This document shows positions 1 through 14,147 of a stretch of DNA of 64,000 bases, piece after piece. Position 1 is the first letter of the stretch. Each line of letters opens with the position of its first letter. The translations under genes and the position numbers were made by a program. The DNA is from a virus (taxonomy: Duplodnaviria; Caudoviricetes). The stretch lies in the IMG/VR virus record IMGVR_UViG_3300033463_000015, one strand, 5' to 3'. The notes beneath the pieces are model-generated. The model was not told the origin of the DNA. It ran no database searches and saw only the letters and a program-made list of their open reading frames with translations.

Positions 1-3000
1 CGCCTTGAATATCAATACCTTCTAAAGCGTCTAAAACGTCTTGTGAAAGTAAACTTAAATTTAATTCTCTACCATTAACAATATCTTTAGAAAGATTTGT
101 TAACTATGAATTAACTGCATTTCTAAGTTGCTCATCTAGTTTAATTAATCCATCAATATATGCAGAATAAGCATTCTAATATTCAAAAGTATTCTTAAAT
201 GCGTCAAGATCCATGTTATTAGCATCCGCGACTTCTCTAATAAACCCTTCCCAATCAATAATTCTTGTATTACCAAACATATCGGTACGGAAATAATTAC
301 CAAAACCCCTACCTGTCGCTTCAGAAATTCCGGTCCAACCATAATGCCCTTGTCCATCCGTTTTTAAATATTCATCTAAATTTAAATTAAACGCATTAAA
401 TAGATTACCTAAATTATCAAAACTTAATGCCGCACCAGAAGATAATGAATCAATTAATGTATTATTACGGCTTGCCGCATTAGTTAAAATAGAAACATAA
501 GCCTAATTTCTCTCTGTTAAAGTAGAAAAATTATCAGCATTAGCATCAAATACTTCAATCGCCGCTAAAACATAATTTTCTCCAGCCATCATTGCTCGAT
601 AAACTGCTTGCTGTTCTAAAGTCATATTATTAATTAAATCATTAGTGGCATCTGAATATAATTCAGTATTACCAGCTAATATTTCAGTAACAGCCGTTGA
701 TAAATTCTATGATGCAGTTTTATTAGCCTCACGCTTAAATCCATTAATAATTGCCTATCGTTCCGATTCGTCTGCGTACCCAAACCACTATAAAGTATGA
801 TCTAAAATAAGTTCCCAAGTAGACATACCAAGTGCTGCCGCTTGTTGTTCAACAACACCCATATCAAATTCGCCATTACTGTCTGTCCAAGTGATTTCAT
901 CTTTTATTGCATCTATTGTGGATGCTAATTGAGTCAGTAATGTCTACTAGGCTGAAGAAATAGTGCCACCAATAGCAAAATCCTACCAATTAATTCCTTG
1001 ATAGAATAAGCTTGGCATAAATTGATTAAATGCTGTTTCTTCAGCAAGAGCATTATCTAAAGCTTGCGTAGCGTCATCAGCTGCGTCATTATAATATTTG
1101 GCAAAATCTTCCCAAGTTGCCGCAGTGCCTTCAGCCAAAGAATTTAAAAAATCAATAGCTAAATTGATCATATAGTTATAACTGTCATCATCATCAGTTA
1201 TACCCATTAAATTTACCAATGCCTATGCTTGCTCTGCTTTTGTGCCACTTAGTTCATCCGAATACTCGTCTTCATTAAGTTGTCCAATAGTTGTATAATA
1301 ACCCCTAATTTCTTCTGCGCGCCGACTAGCATCTGCCAAACGCTAATTATTCGCTGCAATTGCACTCTACAAACCGCTAGTTGTATAAACAAATCTACCT
1401 AACTCAGCATCGTATTCAAAAATAGTATCAAATGTATCTTCATCAGATAGATATGCCTACATTTTATTAAATTCTTCTATAGCTTTATCTAAACTTAAAC
1501 CGGTCTTATTTGTATTAATTATAGATTCTAATTCTTTAGAAGCATTTAAAATCTAAGTAGTTAAATTTTGCGCAACGGTATTAGCATTAAATACTAAAAT
1601 GTTTTCTGCTTCTTGTAGCTATTCTAAAATAGCTATTAATGCTTCATTATCTTCTAAATCATGATTTTGTGCATAAATCTCAATTGTTTCATAAGCGTTT
1701 TGAATTGATTCTAAATCAGTAAATTCAATATTTGTAATAGTTCTATATAATGCTTGTGAATCGATACTATCTAAATCTACCATTGCTTCTGATATTCTTT
1801 CTAAAATAAAAAGTCTATTCTATGCTAATTGTACATATCCATTTTCTGCTAATTCATTAATTGCTAATAATTCTTGTCTAAAATAATCTACATACTATGA
1901 AGCAATATCTTTATTATTTAAACGATCTATAATATTTCTCGCAGCATTATATGGTAAGAGTGTATTATCTTCATCTCTAATAAAAGTAATTAATAAATTT
2001 AAACCGGAAAATTCATCATTAAAGAATCCCTATCCTATATCATTAAAAATTCTTAATTTATCTAAATTAACCTATGCACTTGTATTAAAACGTTCTATTA
2101 AACTATTATATATATCGGCGTAATTATCAGAAAACTATTGAGGACTAATACCAATACTTAAAAGCATCTCATCAGCAGAACGATAAGAAGCAAGTGATCC
2201 AGAAGCACTAATGAATTCCTATAAAGTATCATCAGCCAATGTACCGATCCAAGAAAATAATTGACTAACTAACTCAGCTTTTTTAGACTAAAAATCTTCA
2301 CTATTATTTGTAAGCCACGTAGCTGCATCAGTTGCACCAGCTTCCTACGCGGCAAGCTCTAATCCTTCTGTAATTATAGAAGAAAAAATACCGCTATTTT
2401 GAATAAGAGAGGCCTAGGCGGACGTAAAATTACTTAATAATGCCTATGTATTAATGGCCTCCTACGCATAAGCTAAAGTTACCTCTTTATTTAAAACTTC
2501 TACCTATCTATTATATGCTTCAATCTACGCATTTAACTATTCATATCCCTAAACTAACATATCATAAGTTAAACTACCTGTAGCATTCCAACCAAAATAT
2601 GCTCGTGCCCATTTACCCTCATATTCACCAGAAGGCGTAGAGATATTCAAGGTTTCAGCATTCTCTTCTAAAAAATTATTTAATTCTGATTCTAATCGAG
2701 TTTCGTCATAATTAAATAATGGTTGCGAATTATTTGTTAATTCAGTTAAAAATGGAGTTAAATATCGTCCAGATACTAAATTACCATATATACGAGTATC
2801 ACTTGTAAAACCTGCTGGTTGAAAATAACCCCTACCATATGATGTTCCACCAGGCCAATTTTCTGAATTATTAATATACTATAATAATCTTGTATAATCT
2901 TCAACTGTATAATGCTCATTCGGATGACGATTATAATAAGTAACAATTTCTTTAATTGTTTCATTTTGAATCTAATCTACGTTTTCACTTAAAAATCTTA

Positions 3001-6000
3001 AAAATTGCTTCATTTCTTCGGCTATTTCGTAAGCGCTGCGATCATCATCATAAGATACACCAGAATAAGCTGTAACTGTAATATTACTATTTGTAGAAGC
3101 ATCTCCTCTTTCACTCTAAAGTATGAGTGGAGTATGACTGCGTGCTCCCATACTATTATTTTGTGGAGTTAAATACTACTAACCTAGCATTTTCGGACCT
3201 AATGAAGTTCTAAAATTATCTAAAATCTAAACCTATAATTCTCTTGTTCTTTTCTCTGCTACTGCAGCATCACGAGTTGCTTTACTAGACTAAGCACGTG
3301 CAGCAATTAATGCCTACTCTGCTTTTTCTACATCAATAATAGCATTTCCAGCTTCATCGTAAGATGAAATTAAATTAGGATATTCAGATGCCATAGTTGC
3401 CATAGCGTCTTTATAAGCCTACATATCTTCAGTAGAATTATACATAGCACTACGTAACTATTTAATATTATCTATTGATGATTGTAAACCTGTTACTTTA
3501 GCCTACTATTTTAATGCCTCATCACTAGCTTCCTAAGCTTCCTACTTAGCGTTTTCAATACGTTCAGCTAAAGTATAATTAGCACCATCAATAATAGCGC
3601 CTAAACCGCCAACTAAAAATCCACCAATCGCACCTATAGCAGCGCCCCAAGGACCAAAAGCCATACCCATAGAAGCTCCTGTAGCTGCACCCGAAATTCC
3701 ATTACCAATACCTGTCCATAATTTATTTGCTTCAATATCATCATCACTTTTAACAGTTAATGAAGCGCCATATGCAGTAAGTGCCGTACCAACCAATCGG
3801 CCGACACCAGATAGAAGACTTGTCCATTTCATTAAAGTTTCATGACCTTCCCATGAAGTTAATCCTTTCAATCCTCCAGTCTTATTGGCACCAGCGTCGC
3901 CTTGTGTCGCGGCAGTATGATGTGCTAATGCTTCACTATCTCTGTTTAAATGTAAAATATTCTTAAGCCAAGCTCCAACACTTCTATGGGTTGCATTAGT
4001 TTGCTATTCTTGTGCTCCAATGCTATTTACCTTTGTCTAAGCTTCCTAAACTGCTAAAGCTGCACTTTTTAGCCTTGCGACATGTTCTTGCTCTATACCC
4101 TTTTTATTTTCAATATGTCCAGATATTTCTGCAATAATAGTATCTAATTCTTGCTATTTTACGTTTAATTCAGCCTAGGCAGCCTATTGTGCCTAAATTC
4201 TTGCATTCGTTTCCTATGTGGTTGCTCCCTAAGAAGCCCTTGCAGCATTTTCTTTATCTTTATCAGCCTATGCCGCGCCTTCCGCTGCAGTTTTTAAGCC
4301 ATCAAGAACTTGCGTTACTTGTGTACTTTGCTAAGATAAACTATTAAATGACTATAATAATTGATCAATGGTTTGACCATATTGAGTATCAGGATTAACA
4401 TTATATTCAGCCATAAGTTCTTGTCTACCTTCTACTGTCTATAATGCACCTTTCTATTGATATTTAATTATTTTATCTAAAATATTCTCTCGTGTAATTC
4501 CATTATCTTCCAATGTTGGATTTGCATTCATTATTCTTCCAGTAATATCTTGACCTGTAGTTGTAATTGATGCCTAAATCTAAGTCTATAAATTTTGTAA
4601 TTTACTAGTATCAACTTCCAATTCAACTCGTTTAGTAACTGTTTCTTTTAACATCTATGTTAATTCTTTAGCTTTTTGTTCAGCTTCAGTTACATTTAAA
4701 TCAACTTTACTTTTTACTTGAGCAATTCTATTTTTTAAACTATCAATACCACCTTTAACGCCCGTTCCAAAACCCATTAAATTAATTAATGTTGGTAACG
4801 CTCCATTTTTTAATCCTAACTTACCAATAGTATTTAAAATTCTAGTAAGCCAACTATAAAAATCTTTTAACCCTTTTTCTAAATGTAAATCCAAATAAAT
4901 CTAAGAAAAAGCATTCTTTAATTGCTATGCTTTAGTTTCTAATGAATCCATAGTTTTAGCAGTTTGCACAATACTAGCATTCTATGAATTATTAGCAGTA
5001 TCAATAGCTCTTGATAATTCATCATAGTTAGAAACCAACGCAATAAAACGAGATTGCTGTCTATTACCAGCCATAATGGTAGCAATATAACGCTATGTAT
5101 TATTATCTAACGTATCCCATTTAGCCGCTAATTCTAAAATAACATCATCAAAATTACGAAACTGACCTGCAGAATCTTTAATAGAAATACCAATAGACTT
5201 TAATGCAGTATCTACTTTGTTAAAAGCAGCTTCTTCGCCATCAATATTAAGTAATTGATCCGGCGATGCTTTCATTTCACCGTAACGAGAAATGATTGAC
5301 TTTAAAGCAGAACCAATATTCTCTGCAGATTCACGAGTGGTTTGTACCATAACAGAAATAAATGCAGAAGTGCTTTGTAATGACATCCCCACGTTAGCCG
5401 CAGAAGATGCAGTCTTTTCCATAGCATTAGCAATTTCTGCAGAACTAACAGCGAAGTTCGCAGCCAAAGCGCTATATGTGTCAGTAACAGACTACGCTTC
5501 AGTCATTTCAATTTTAAATGCACGAATAGCTACTGTCATAGCATCTGCAGCTGCACTATACTCAAGTCCAGCAATTTTACCCATCTTTAATGTCTCAGTT
5601 GTTAAAGACATTACCTAAGCTGTCTATAAACCCTATTGATAAAAAATCTATGAAACCTTATAAACATCAGTTGTAGCAACGCCAAATTGTTGCGCCATTT
5701 CAGTATATTGCCCAATCTTACCCCATAATTCTTCCTATGTCATATTAGTAACAACAGCGATATTCGTAATTGATTTATCCAATTCTTTAATATTATTAAA
5801 AGCATTACGAATAGCTTGCGTTACCTTGCGCATTATAGCATAAACACCAATATATCTTGTAATAAAACTAGATATACCTGATAATTTATTAGTTGTATTA
5901 TCTAACTATTGTAACTATGCACGACCTGCAGCCGCAGCACGCCCTAAATTAGCAATTTCAGCACTTGCGCGATTATATAAATCTGCCATACCAGGCATCG

Positions 6001-7189
6001 CGGTTGCACCCTATAATAACGTATCCTATAATGAAGCTAAAGAAGCTTCTGGTCCTTTTAATGCATTTTCTAATTCTTGCTATTTAGCCTTTACCAAATC
6101 TTGCTATTCAGTAAAAGCTTTAAGCACACGCGCCGCCGCTTCATACTTTGCAGTAGTAGTATTAACCGCAGCTTCAGAAGTATCACGTTCCTTTACTTGT
6201 GCCTAATATTCCTAAGCACTTGCGACTAATTCGCTATAATTAATATTACCACCAAAAATTTTAGCGCCATATTCTTTATCAGTAACAGCTTTTCTTAACT
6301 CTTCAGTCATTGTGCTGCCAATTGCTTTAGCAGCCTCTCGTAAACGTCCACGAATATCATTTAACTATGAAGGTTCTAATTTAAATCTTTCGGCAAGCTC
6401 TGCAAAAAATCCATCAGCGCCCTTAAATCCTTTCTAAAAGCCACTCCAACCAGTACCTTCTGCATCAAGCTTCATATATTTACTTAACATCTGCTAAACT
6501 TCATTATATTTTTCAGCACTTGCTGGTAATTTATCAAAACCTTTAGTTAACCAATCCAATGCTTTTAAAGCATTTGAATTCTATCGTCCTTGAGCATTCG
6601 CATCTACTAACTAACTGTTCTATGCAAATTTACTCTTCTAAACAAGCAACTCATTATTAATCTAATTTAATTTAGTCTAAATAGTAGTATAAATTTCATC
6701 ATAACTTTTTTCTAACATTTTTGCCGCGGTGCCAGAGCCGAGCATAGTAGATAAATCAGCCGTAAAATTAGTATTTTTAAAAAGCTCCTATTTCTATGTT
6801 TCTTTAAAAGAAGTGAATCCAGCTTTTAACTCATTAATTTTAGTAGTTAATTCAGTTATCTAATGCTGTACACTAGTAGGAACTTTTAGATCTTTAAATG
6901 TTACTCCTGCAATACTACTTTTTACATGATCTAAACTGGTTTCAATTTTATGAGCCTCACGCTCTACTGAGCTAAAATCAGCTTCAGTTTTAAAAGCGCT
7001 TTTAGAACGCAATTCTAATTGATCTAAAGCACGTAAAACAGACTACAATTCTTTATTAATATTTTTACCTACAACAGAGTCTGGTAAAATTTTAGTTTTA
7101 CTTAAATCTCCTAACTATTTAGCGACTTCACGTAAATTAGTTATCTACGCAGTAATCGGTATAGTTACACCATTCTAGGTACCTGCCAT
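1..7189 (-). CDS. Tape measure protein (runs off the window; >2396 aa, TAG=Gln)
   Basis: ATG at 7189 after AAGGAG. ORF-track fragments 983-1219, 3542-3871, 4655-4894 and 5093-5467 share one frame and end in TAG. TMP motifs TRESAENIGSALKSIISR and (Q)RYIATIMAGNRQQSRFIAL; glycine-rich hydrophobic segments. Confidence 0.9.
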
Positions 7190-7216
7190 AATATTTCATC
7201 TCCTTTTTCGCAAAAT

Positions 7217-7256
7217 AAAAAAGAGCCGTTTCCTAATTGCTTAGGAAACGGCTTTA
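7217..7256 (-). terminator. Rho-independent terminator
   Basis: AGCCGTTTCCTAA/TTAGGAAACGGCT hairpin followed by a T-tract on the minus strand. Confidence 0.7.
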
Positions 7257-8159
7257 TATATCCTCATCGAGATCACTATCAAGCTTAGTAATCTCTAAAA
7301 TTAATCCTTTTTTATTCCCGCCCATATTTTCTGGCATACCAATAATGTTGAATACGGACATGGTTGGATTAGCCCTTTCTCCCAAGCGTAAGCTAATATC
7401 ACTCACAACTCTCACTTTTGGCATATAAATTATATTAGTATAATTCTTGCCTTCGTTTTCATCCTTGGAGTAAAACTTACCCTCAAGAGTGAATAATCCA
7501 TTAAAGCGCTCTTTTTGTATCAAGTAAATAAGAGCGTCATTCTCATATTCATAGTAGTAATCTACTAAACATTGTTTGGCTTGTTGCGCCGGTTTAGTAT
7601 GTTCTTTGTCTTCATATAAATCAATTATATAATTTCCAAGTGTATCAGTATTCTATTGTAGCTAACCATACAATTTACGTTGTGGCATATTTCTATCCCA
7701 ATCAAAAATAAAAGTTTTCTTTTCAGGATACAAAGCAGGTAAATGCTCTACTCTAACAAAGGCTTGCGGCAAAACATCATTTTCAATTTCTTCCAAAGTC
7801 TACTCGTGATATTCTACATTCAATGGGCCTTCTCTTTTGTTAACATAAAACTTTTTATTTTTTTCTTGTTTACACACTTTAGCATTAAAAAGTATTCCCA
7901 TACTTAAATTAGAAAGAATTCCTTCCTATAACTAAAAAGTTACATCAGTCCTATCTTCCCATATAACGTGCGCTAAATTACCCCAGCCACCACGTGCCAT
8001 AATTGGTCTACTATCTTCATTCAATACTGACATACTTACATTTTCAAAATACAATACCGGCTCATCTGCCTCAATATAACGGTCTCCGAATTTCATAGGT
8101 GCTTTCGCGCGCAATACAACTTCATAAAGTTCTTTTACGCCAAAATACTGATCAATCAT
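7254..8159 (-). CDS. Tail tube-like protein (paralog of 8222-9151), TAG=Gln
   Basis: Fragments 7254-7523 and 7932-8168 are in frame. FGVKELYEV/GGWGNLAHVIWED align with YGIKEVANV/GGWGNPKLISWDY of the neighbour. Confidence 0.75.
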
Positions 8160-8221
8160 ACACATCACCTATACAAAAAAATCGGGGAGCATTTCTGCTC
8201 CCCAATTATTCAGTTATTCAA

Positions 8222-9151
8222 TTAGTTGCTACCAGCCTTTAGAGCGCCAATATCATTACCGCTTTCGCTGCTAGTATTGTCCTCAAATGCATAACGAACT
8301 AGCTTCATCATCTCATTCTGACCCTGATCGTTAGTAGAACGAAGTACAGTTAGAGTCATCTCAAAGGTAGAAGGATCGCCCTCAGCCTCTAGAGTGATAG
8401 TAACCTCAGACTGAACCTTAGCCTTACCAATTACAAACTGGAATGGCTCGTCCTTACCAGTCTTCTCAGAACGCATAAAGGTATCGCCAACTACACGATA
8501 AGTTCCGGGGAAGGTAGAAGGAGAAATGGTTACTTCGATGGCAGTCTCGCCAACGGTATCGCTCTTTACTTCCTCTTCCCAGAAAATACGGATATGATCG
8601 CCCTTTACGGAATCAGTATCTTCACTTAGCATAGAAGGATTATGGAAGGTAATAACCTTAGTACCATCAATAGAACCAGTGGTAATCTGAGTACGAGCGC
8701 CAGTGGTAAGATTGATGAGACGAATTGGATGTCCTTCAGCGGCAGTAGGAGTTAGTTCAATATCGGTTAGGTGATCCTTTGGCTTTGGTACCTTGCCGCC
8801 CTCGCCAGCTACAACCTCTTCAGTGTGACGAACTAAAACAGTCTCGTTCTTATCAGAACGACGAATAGCGCCACCAAGCATAAAGCGTAGAGACTCAAGA
8901 GACATTAGAGCATCCTCTAGAGTTACGGTAATTTCCTTACCATAGTCCCAAGAGATTAGCTTAGGATTGCCCCAGCCGCCCTGTGCATCAGTGGTCTCAG
9001 CAGTAGTCTCAATGGTAGAAACCTTTAGAGTGTCTAGGAATAGAACGATATCGCCCTTGTAAATACCAGCGGCAGAATCGTCGTCTAGAGCTTCAAAATA
9101 TACGTTAGCAACTTCTTTTATGCCATACTTATCAAAAATATTTACAGCCAT
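8222..9151 (-). CDS. Major tail tube protein
   Basis: 309 aa, beta-rich, no TAG, strongly biased codons, upstream of the TMP, followed by a terminator at ~8175-8205. Confidence 0.75.
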   Translation of the reverse strand: MAVNIFDKYGIKEVANVYFEALDDDSAAGIYKGDIVLFLDTLKVSTIETTAETTDAQGGWGNPKLISWDYGKEITVTLEDALMSLESLRFMLGGAIRRSDKNETVLVRHTEEVVAGEGGKVPKPKDHLTDIELTPTAAEGHPIRLINLTTGARTQITTGSIDGTKVITFHNPSMLSEDTDSVKGDHIRIFWEEEVKSDTVGETAIEVTISPSTFPGTYRVVGDTFMRSEKTGKDEPFQFVIGKAKVQSEVTITLEAEGDPSTFEMTLTVLRSTNDQGQNEMMKLVRYAFEDNTSSESGNDIGALKAGSN

Positions 9152-9171
9152 ATGAGTTACCCCCTTTAATA

Positions 9172-9945
9172 TTATTTATCATTTGATGCGATTGAACGCA
9201 TCCAGTGTTTGAGTTGATCTTTTTTGATCTTCGCGCCTGCCATAGCGGCTCTATTATTAATATCAAACTAATCGCGCCAACCCATTCGTTTAAGTTGATC
9301 GTGAAAAGCATAATATGTAATGTTCCAAATATTTTCCATATTTAAGCCGCAATTATTGATAGTTATACTACCAATTAAATCTGAAAATTTTAAATCTGAT
9401 TTTTCTCGCGCAGCTTTGCGTGCCTTGGCTTGGCGCACTTTTTCTCTATTAGCACGCATTTGCATTTTTAAGCGCTTTGTGGCTTCTGAATCATCCGGCT
9501 TAATAATAATCTCTTCGCCTTCCTATTCTACAAAGTACATACGCCGGAGTAATCGCTACAAATCAGAAAATTTTTCTTCAGTTAAAATGTGTTTTTCTTC
9601 AGCCGGGCCTACTACGATTTGCGGCGGGTCTAATATAAAACTTACATCTTCATGTGTAAAAAATCTAAAAGCTGACTTCAATAAAGCATTTGTAGTTTTA
9701 TCTAACTATGACATTAGTAATAAATACTAAAAATCCGTTACTTCATTTAATAAAGCAGCCATTTCTGTATTATCCCCTTTTGCTGTAGGCTTTTCAGCAA
9801 TCATTATTCCTAGATATTTTTGGAATTCTTCATATCCAATATCTACAATTTCACCTATTTTAGCAGGATAAACAGCACATATATCTTCAATAAAAACAGG
9901 AGTGCCTCGTTGAAACTTCAATACATCACTATCAGTTAAATTCAT
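9172..9945 (-). CDS. Tail-module protein (257 aa, TAG=Gln)
   Basis: Fragments 9727-9945 and 9268-9465 are in frame; ends at TAA 9172. Confidence 0.7.
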
Positions 9946-10459
9946 TAATCTTATACCTCATTGAGTATCCACCCATCCAAGGTGATAATGATAATACATC
10001 AGCACGCCAAAACTATAAAGTGCCTATTCCCGCTAGCTACTATTCATTAAACATTGTATCAATTTCCTACATAATTAAATAAGGACGTAAAGTTTTTTCA
10101 TCAAGCATCCATTCATCATATGGGCAAGCAATATCAAATCGAATAGTAGAAGTCTTAAACTCTGGATTTAACTAATTTACTACAAAATCATCAAATACAG
10201 AAGTAACATAAGACATTTTTTCTGTGCTATCATCATAAAATTTAGGAATAATTAATAATTGTCTATTAATCAAATCTGCCCCGTCAACATCTGGTTGTAG
10301 TTTTCCAGTGACAGGGTCTATTTCAGCAAATGGATTGCGCGTTTGATATTTTAATAAACGACAAATACGCTAATTGGTCATTAATTTATTAGCAATCTTA
10401 AATGTATTTAAGCCCATAACCGCAAAGCGGCGTTGACCGGCAACATAAGGTTCAGCCAT
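9932..10459 (-). CDS. Putative tail completion/terminator protein (175 aa, TAG=Gln)
   Basis: ATG 10459 with GGTGA RBS; TGA at 9932 in frame; position between head-tail and tail tube genes. Confidence 0.6.
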
Positions 10460-10469
10460 TTATATCACC

Positions 10470-11753
10470 TTACCATATTGGAATGATATTAATTAATTTT
10501 GTAGCAACTACTTCATTATTAAGTTTTGCCGCTAGATTAAACTTATACAAATTATTGTCTTTATTTGCCTATAATTTAATCTAATCGCTAGCTAAATCAC
10601 TACTATCTACAACCGCCACTAATTTATCTACTTCAACAAATCTGCGTTGTTCATCAGCAGTTTCTGGCTAAATAGTAAGTAATTCCCAAGTAGGTGAAAG
10701 CTCATTCTGCCCATCACCTTTTAGCTAATATACAGCCACACGATCCAATCTAATCTTATCAGAACCCTCAATATAATAAGAAATAGTCTGTGCTTCACTA
10801 GATACTTCAACACTAAATGTTAAAGCATTCTTTTGTTCTTCTGTTTCGGGTAAATCAGCAAAATAAATATAAATCTCAACTTCGCCTTCACTAACAGCAG
10901 TTAATTGACCATCTACAATCTTAGCTATTGCCGTATTCTTACTTCTTAATTCATAATTCAACTCATCTAGCTTTAATGGCTAACCATTCTTTGTAATTGT
11001 CATAATTGGCGCTATAACACTTCCAACAGAGAACTTTTGAATTTCTGGCGGCACCGCTACTTGATAAACTGCTCGTCTATCAATATCTGCAATATCATTT
11101 TCCAAATCATCATAAATTAAATTAACCTTATTTTCGGTTAACGAAATATAAATAGTCCCTGGAACACTTGTAAAATCACATTCAATAGTATGCCAAGACT
11201 CATCCTACACTATAAAATTAGTAGCACGATCTATTGGATAATAAGGCATTAAAATTTCCGCATACTTATTTGGTTGAGGTGTAATTAATGAATTCCAAGT
11301 TCTATAATTGCCTTTTACTTTACTATCAACAGAGCTAACAACATAAGCCCACGATTGCCATAAATGACCATCATTATCAATCCATTTAAGTAGATAATTA
11401 CATCTAATTATCCAAAATGTTCTATATGTTCCATTTACTTTCTTTTCTTCCTAGACAATAATCCATTTTTCAATAGATTTATCATCTAAGGTCCAATTCA
11501 TAATATCTCCAACTTTGAGTGGAATATCATTGGCTACATTTAAGAACATTATTTTTTCATATTCTTTATCTTTACTTGTAAGAATAATGCCATCAAAGTA
11601 AATACCACGTTCTACTGATAGCTATCTTACAGTATGTGGCGATTCCGCCATCCATTTATAAAATGACCTAATGCCACCATTTCTAATTCGTTCAGCAGTT
11701 GATTCTCCAAGATGATTTATTCTAGACTAATAAATACTATAATAATTACTCAT
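10470..11753 (-). CDS. Head-tail joining/structural protein with C-terminal Ig-like region (427 aa, TAG=Gln)
   Basis: ATG 11753 is in frame with fragment 10725-10961 (IAKIVDGQLTAVSEGEVEI, Ig-like); TAA at 10470. Confidence 0.65.
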
Positions 11754-12027
11754 CTTCTAAGTTCCTTGTCTATTCTAAACCATTAATCAAATTCATACAT
11801 TCAAATACAGTCTTACGAAAATAATCATAAGTTAAATGATGTAATGAATTTAGCTTGCCGATTAAAGCCCAATAATTAATGGAGTTCGGGCCAAGCCCTT
11901 CTAGTTCAATAATAATTGAATCAAGAAATTTCTCCCATTCTCCATCTTTTTCTTTTTCACAAAGCAATCCATAAAGTCTTCCTTTAAGTTTATCCTTATA
12001 ACCCTAGAATGTCACATCACAAGGCAT
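11746..12027 (-). CDS. Hypothetical head-module protein (93 aa, TAG=Gln)
   Basis: Extends fragment 11770-11967 through two TAGs; overlaps its neighbours. Confidence 0.65.
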
Positions 12028-12499
12028 TCTTTTTACCCGCCAACTTACTAAATAAATCAGCCGGCCGTTTATCACGAGAGCGATCATAAATGCCCTCAGC
12101 CTTATGTATCTCTAAGGCAATTGCGGCCTCCAACTTATTTAATTTATCTAAATGATTTGCTTGTGAAAAATCTTTATCGGCATATAACTGACGAATATTC
12201 TCCCAACTAGCAATACAGCGCTTTACCCATTCGTGTTTCATATATAAAGCAAGAATTTGAATCTCATCATTTGTAAGATCGCCTTTAAATTGCTTGGGTG
12301 GTGGAAGTCCCTCATCTGTTGATTCGCCAATTTCTTCAATTTCTAAATCAACACGAGGATATTTAAAACGGAACACTGCCATCTACAAGAGTTCTTGCCA
12401 ATCCCGCTCTACAATTGCTAATTCCTCTTCCAGTGTCCATTCATCAGCTGTGATACGCGCCAAAAAGGCGTCATACACTTTTAAAAAGGAAGTAGCCAT
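12017..12499 (-). CDS. Putative head-tail adaptor (160 aa, TAG=Gln)
   Basis: ATG 12499 just after the upstream stop, one TAG; position downstream of the capsid gene. Confidence 0.65.
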
Positions 12500-12502
12500 T
12501 TA

Positions 12503-12946
12503 TTACTTCTCTTCAGCTTGATGTTTTATCGCAATTGCGTTGATAACATCTACGCCGCAATACTTCTTAATTAGAGCGGTAAAAGCGCCATCAGTAACAT
12601 TACTATCTACAGCATACTTTACAACTGTTTCCTTCTCTGCTACACTAGCATTAGGAATAAATTGCGCAAAAGCCGTAATATTACGATCATCAATCATTTT
12701 TTCGATTGCCTTATAATCAAGTACATCTTCAACTATAACGCCTGTCTCGTCTTCTGGTACACCATCAAAACGAATATAACCGGCACGAAGTAAATTCTGA
12801 ATACCAGTATCAAACATCATTTCGTCATAAACTTCTTGTTCAACTGTTACAATACGACCCGGCGCTAAAGTTCGATTAAATCTAACATCCGGTAAGCTCA
12901 CAACTACAGTTGCAGAACTCACGTTCTTAAGTGTAATTTTATCCAT
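12503..12946 (-). CDS. Hypothetical structural protein
   Basis: 147 aa ORF with AGGAGG RBS, directly after the capsid gene; no TAG. Confidence 0.8.
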   Translation of the reverse strand: MDKITLKNVSSATVVVSLPDVRFNRTLAPGRIVTVEQEVYDEMMFDTGIQNLLRAGYIRFDGVPEDETGVIVEDVLDYKAIEKMIDDRNITAFAQFIPNASVAEKETVVKYAVDSNVTDGAFTALIKKYCGVDVINAIAIKHQAEEK

Positions 12947-12974
12947 AATAATATTCCTCCTTTTAACTCAAAGC

Positions 12975-13000
12975 TCGGGCGGGAATCAATCCCGCCCGAT
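12975..13000 (-). terminator. Hairpin/terminator after major capsid gene
   Basis: TCGGGCGGGA/TCCCGCCCGA inverted repeat. Confidence 0.6.
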
Positions 13001-13013
13001 TATATAATTGTCA

Positions 13014-14132
13014 TTAATTCTTACCAGCAGCAGTCTTCTCAGCAGCAGAAAGTAGACTTAGATTATAAGCTTCCCATTCACCAGCATCAATAGCTGCGTT
13101 GTAATAGATGCCCCAATAGTTAGGAGTACCAACTACAGCAACACCGCACTTTACATAACCCTGTAGGTCAATGCTGTTGTCGCCTTCGTGGTCATCCCAC
13201 TCACGGAAATATGGAGAACCTTCGAAACCTAGCTTTACAATCTTATTGTTCTGGCCGGTTGGCATTACATAAGCGAAAGAAGGATTCATAACGGTCTTAG
13301 TATTGAACTCATCAGTGAAGGACTGTGGTAGTACAACTACGGGTACGCCACGGAACTTGCCGATGTAGCCGCGATCGCGGACTTCCTGCATATCGACGTC
13401 AGAAATCTTTACGCCAACAGCAGAAGGATTGGAACTAGCATATACGATAGCATTGGTCATTTCAGCGGCAAATTCAGGAGTGCAATAGATAACAGGAGCG
13501 CCATAAGCAGCAACAGTATTGCAAAGCTTTACCATAGCGGCTGGATCAAAATTGGTAGCAACAACCTTGTTAGCGGCAGGACGGCCAGCTAGATTCCAAG
13601 TCTGTAGTAGGGCTTCCTGAACCATCTCAAAGATGCGATCAACAATACCCTGTTGAATTACTTCATAAATATCAGTGATGTTCTCGACGCCATCAAGATA
13701 ACGCTCGAAATCAACATATCCGGCACCGCCAATAGCCTGGGTCCAGATGTCGAAACGGTCGCGATCAAGACGGAAAGTCTCATAGTTGCCAGACTCGGTT
13801 GCACGAGTTACAAACTGGCGACCACGCTGCTTGCCCTTGGTTACACGGAACTCAAGACGATCGCCCTGTCCAACGCGAACGATTTCGCAGAACATATCTA
13901 GGGCGTTATCAACGCTGCGTGGTAGTACTTCTTCTAGATTCTGCTCTAGAAGTTCAAATAGTTCAACCTTATTACGACGATACTTAGAACGGCTAAACTT
14001 GCCCTTATCGTCACAAAGAAGCTTTACTAGCTCGTCACGTAGAGCTGCTTCATAATCATAGTCGGCGGCAGCGAACTCAGTAGGAACCTTGCGGCCGAAT
14101 ACACCATTCATTAAAACACTTAGATTATTCAT
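13014..14132 (-). CDS. Major capsid protein
   Basis: ~372 aa, GGAGGTG RBS before ATG 14132. HK97-type C-terminal pattern (GYIGKFRGVPVVVLPQ); follows scaffold and decoration genes; no TAG. Confidence 0.85.
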   Translation of the reverse strand: MNNLSVLMNGVFGRKVPTEFAAADYDYEAALRDELVKLLCDDKGKFSRSKYRRNKVELFELLEQNLEEVLPRSVDNALDMFCEIVRVGQGDRLEFRVTKGKQRGRQFVTRATESGNYETFRLDRDRFDIWTQAIGGAGYVDFERYLDGVENITDIYEVIQQGIVDRIFEMVQEALLQTWNLAGRPAANKVVATNFDPAAMVKLCNTVAAYGAPVIYCTPEFAAEMTNAIVYASSNPSAVGVKISDVDMQEVRDRGYIGKFRGVPVVVLPQSFTDEFNTKTVMNPSFAYVMPTGQNNKIVKLGFEGSPYFREWDDHEGDNSIDLQGYVKCGVAVVGTPNYWGIYYNAAIDAGEWEAYNLSLLSAAEKTAAGKN

Positions 14133-14147
14133 AGTTCGCACCTCCCA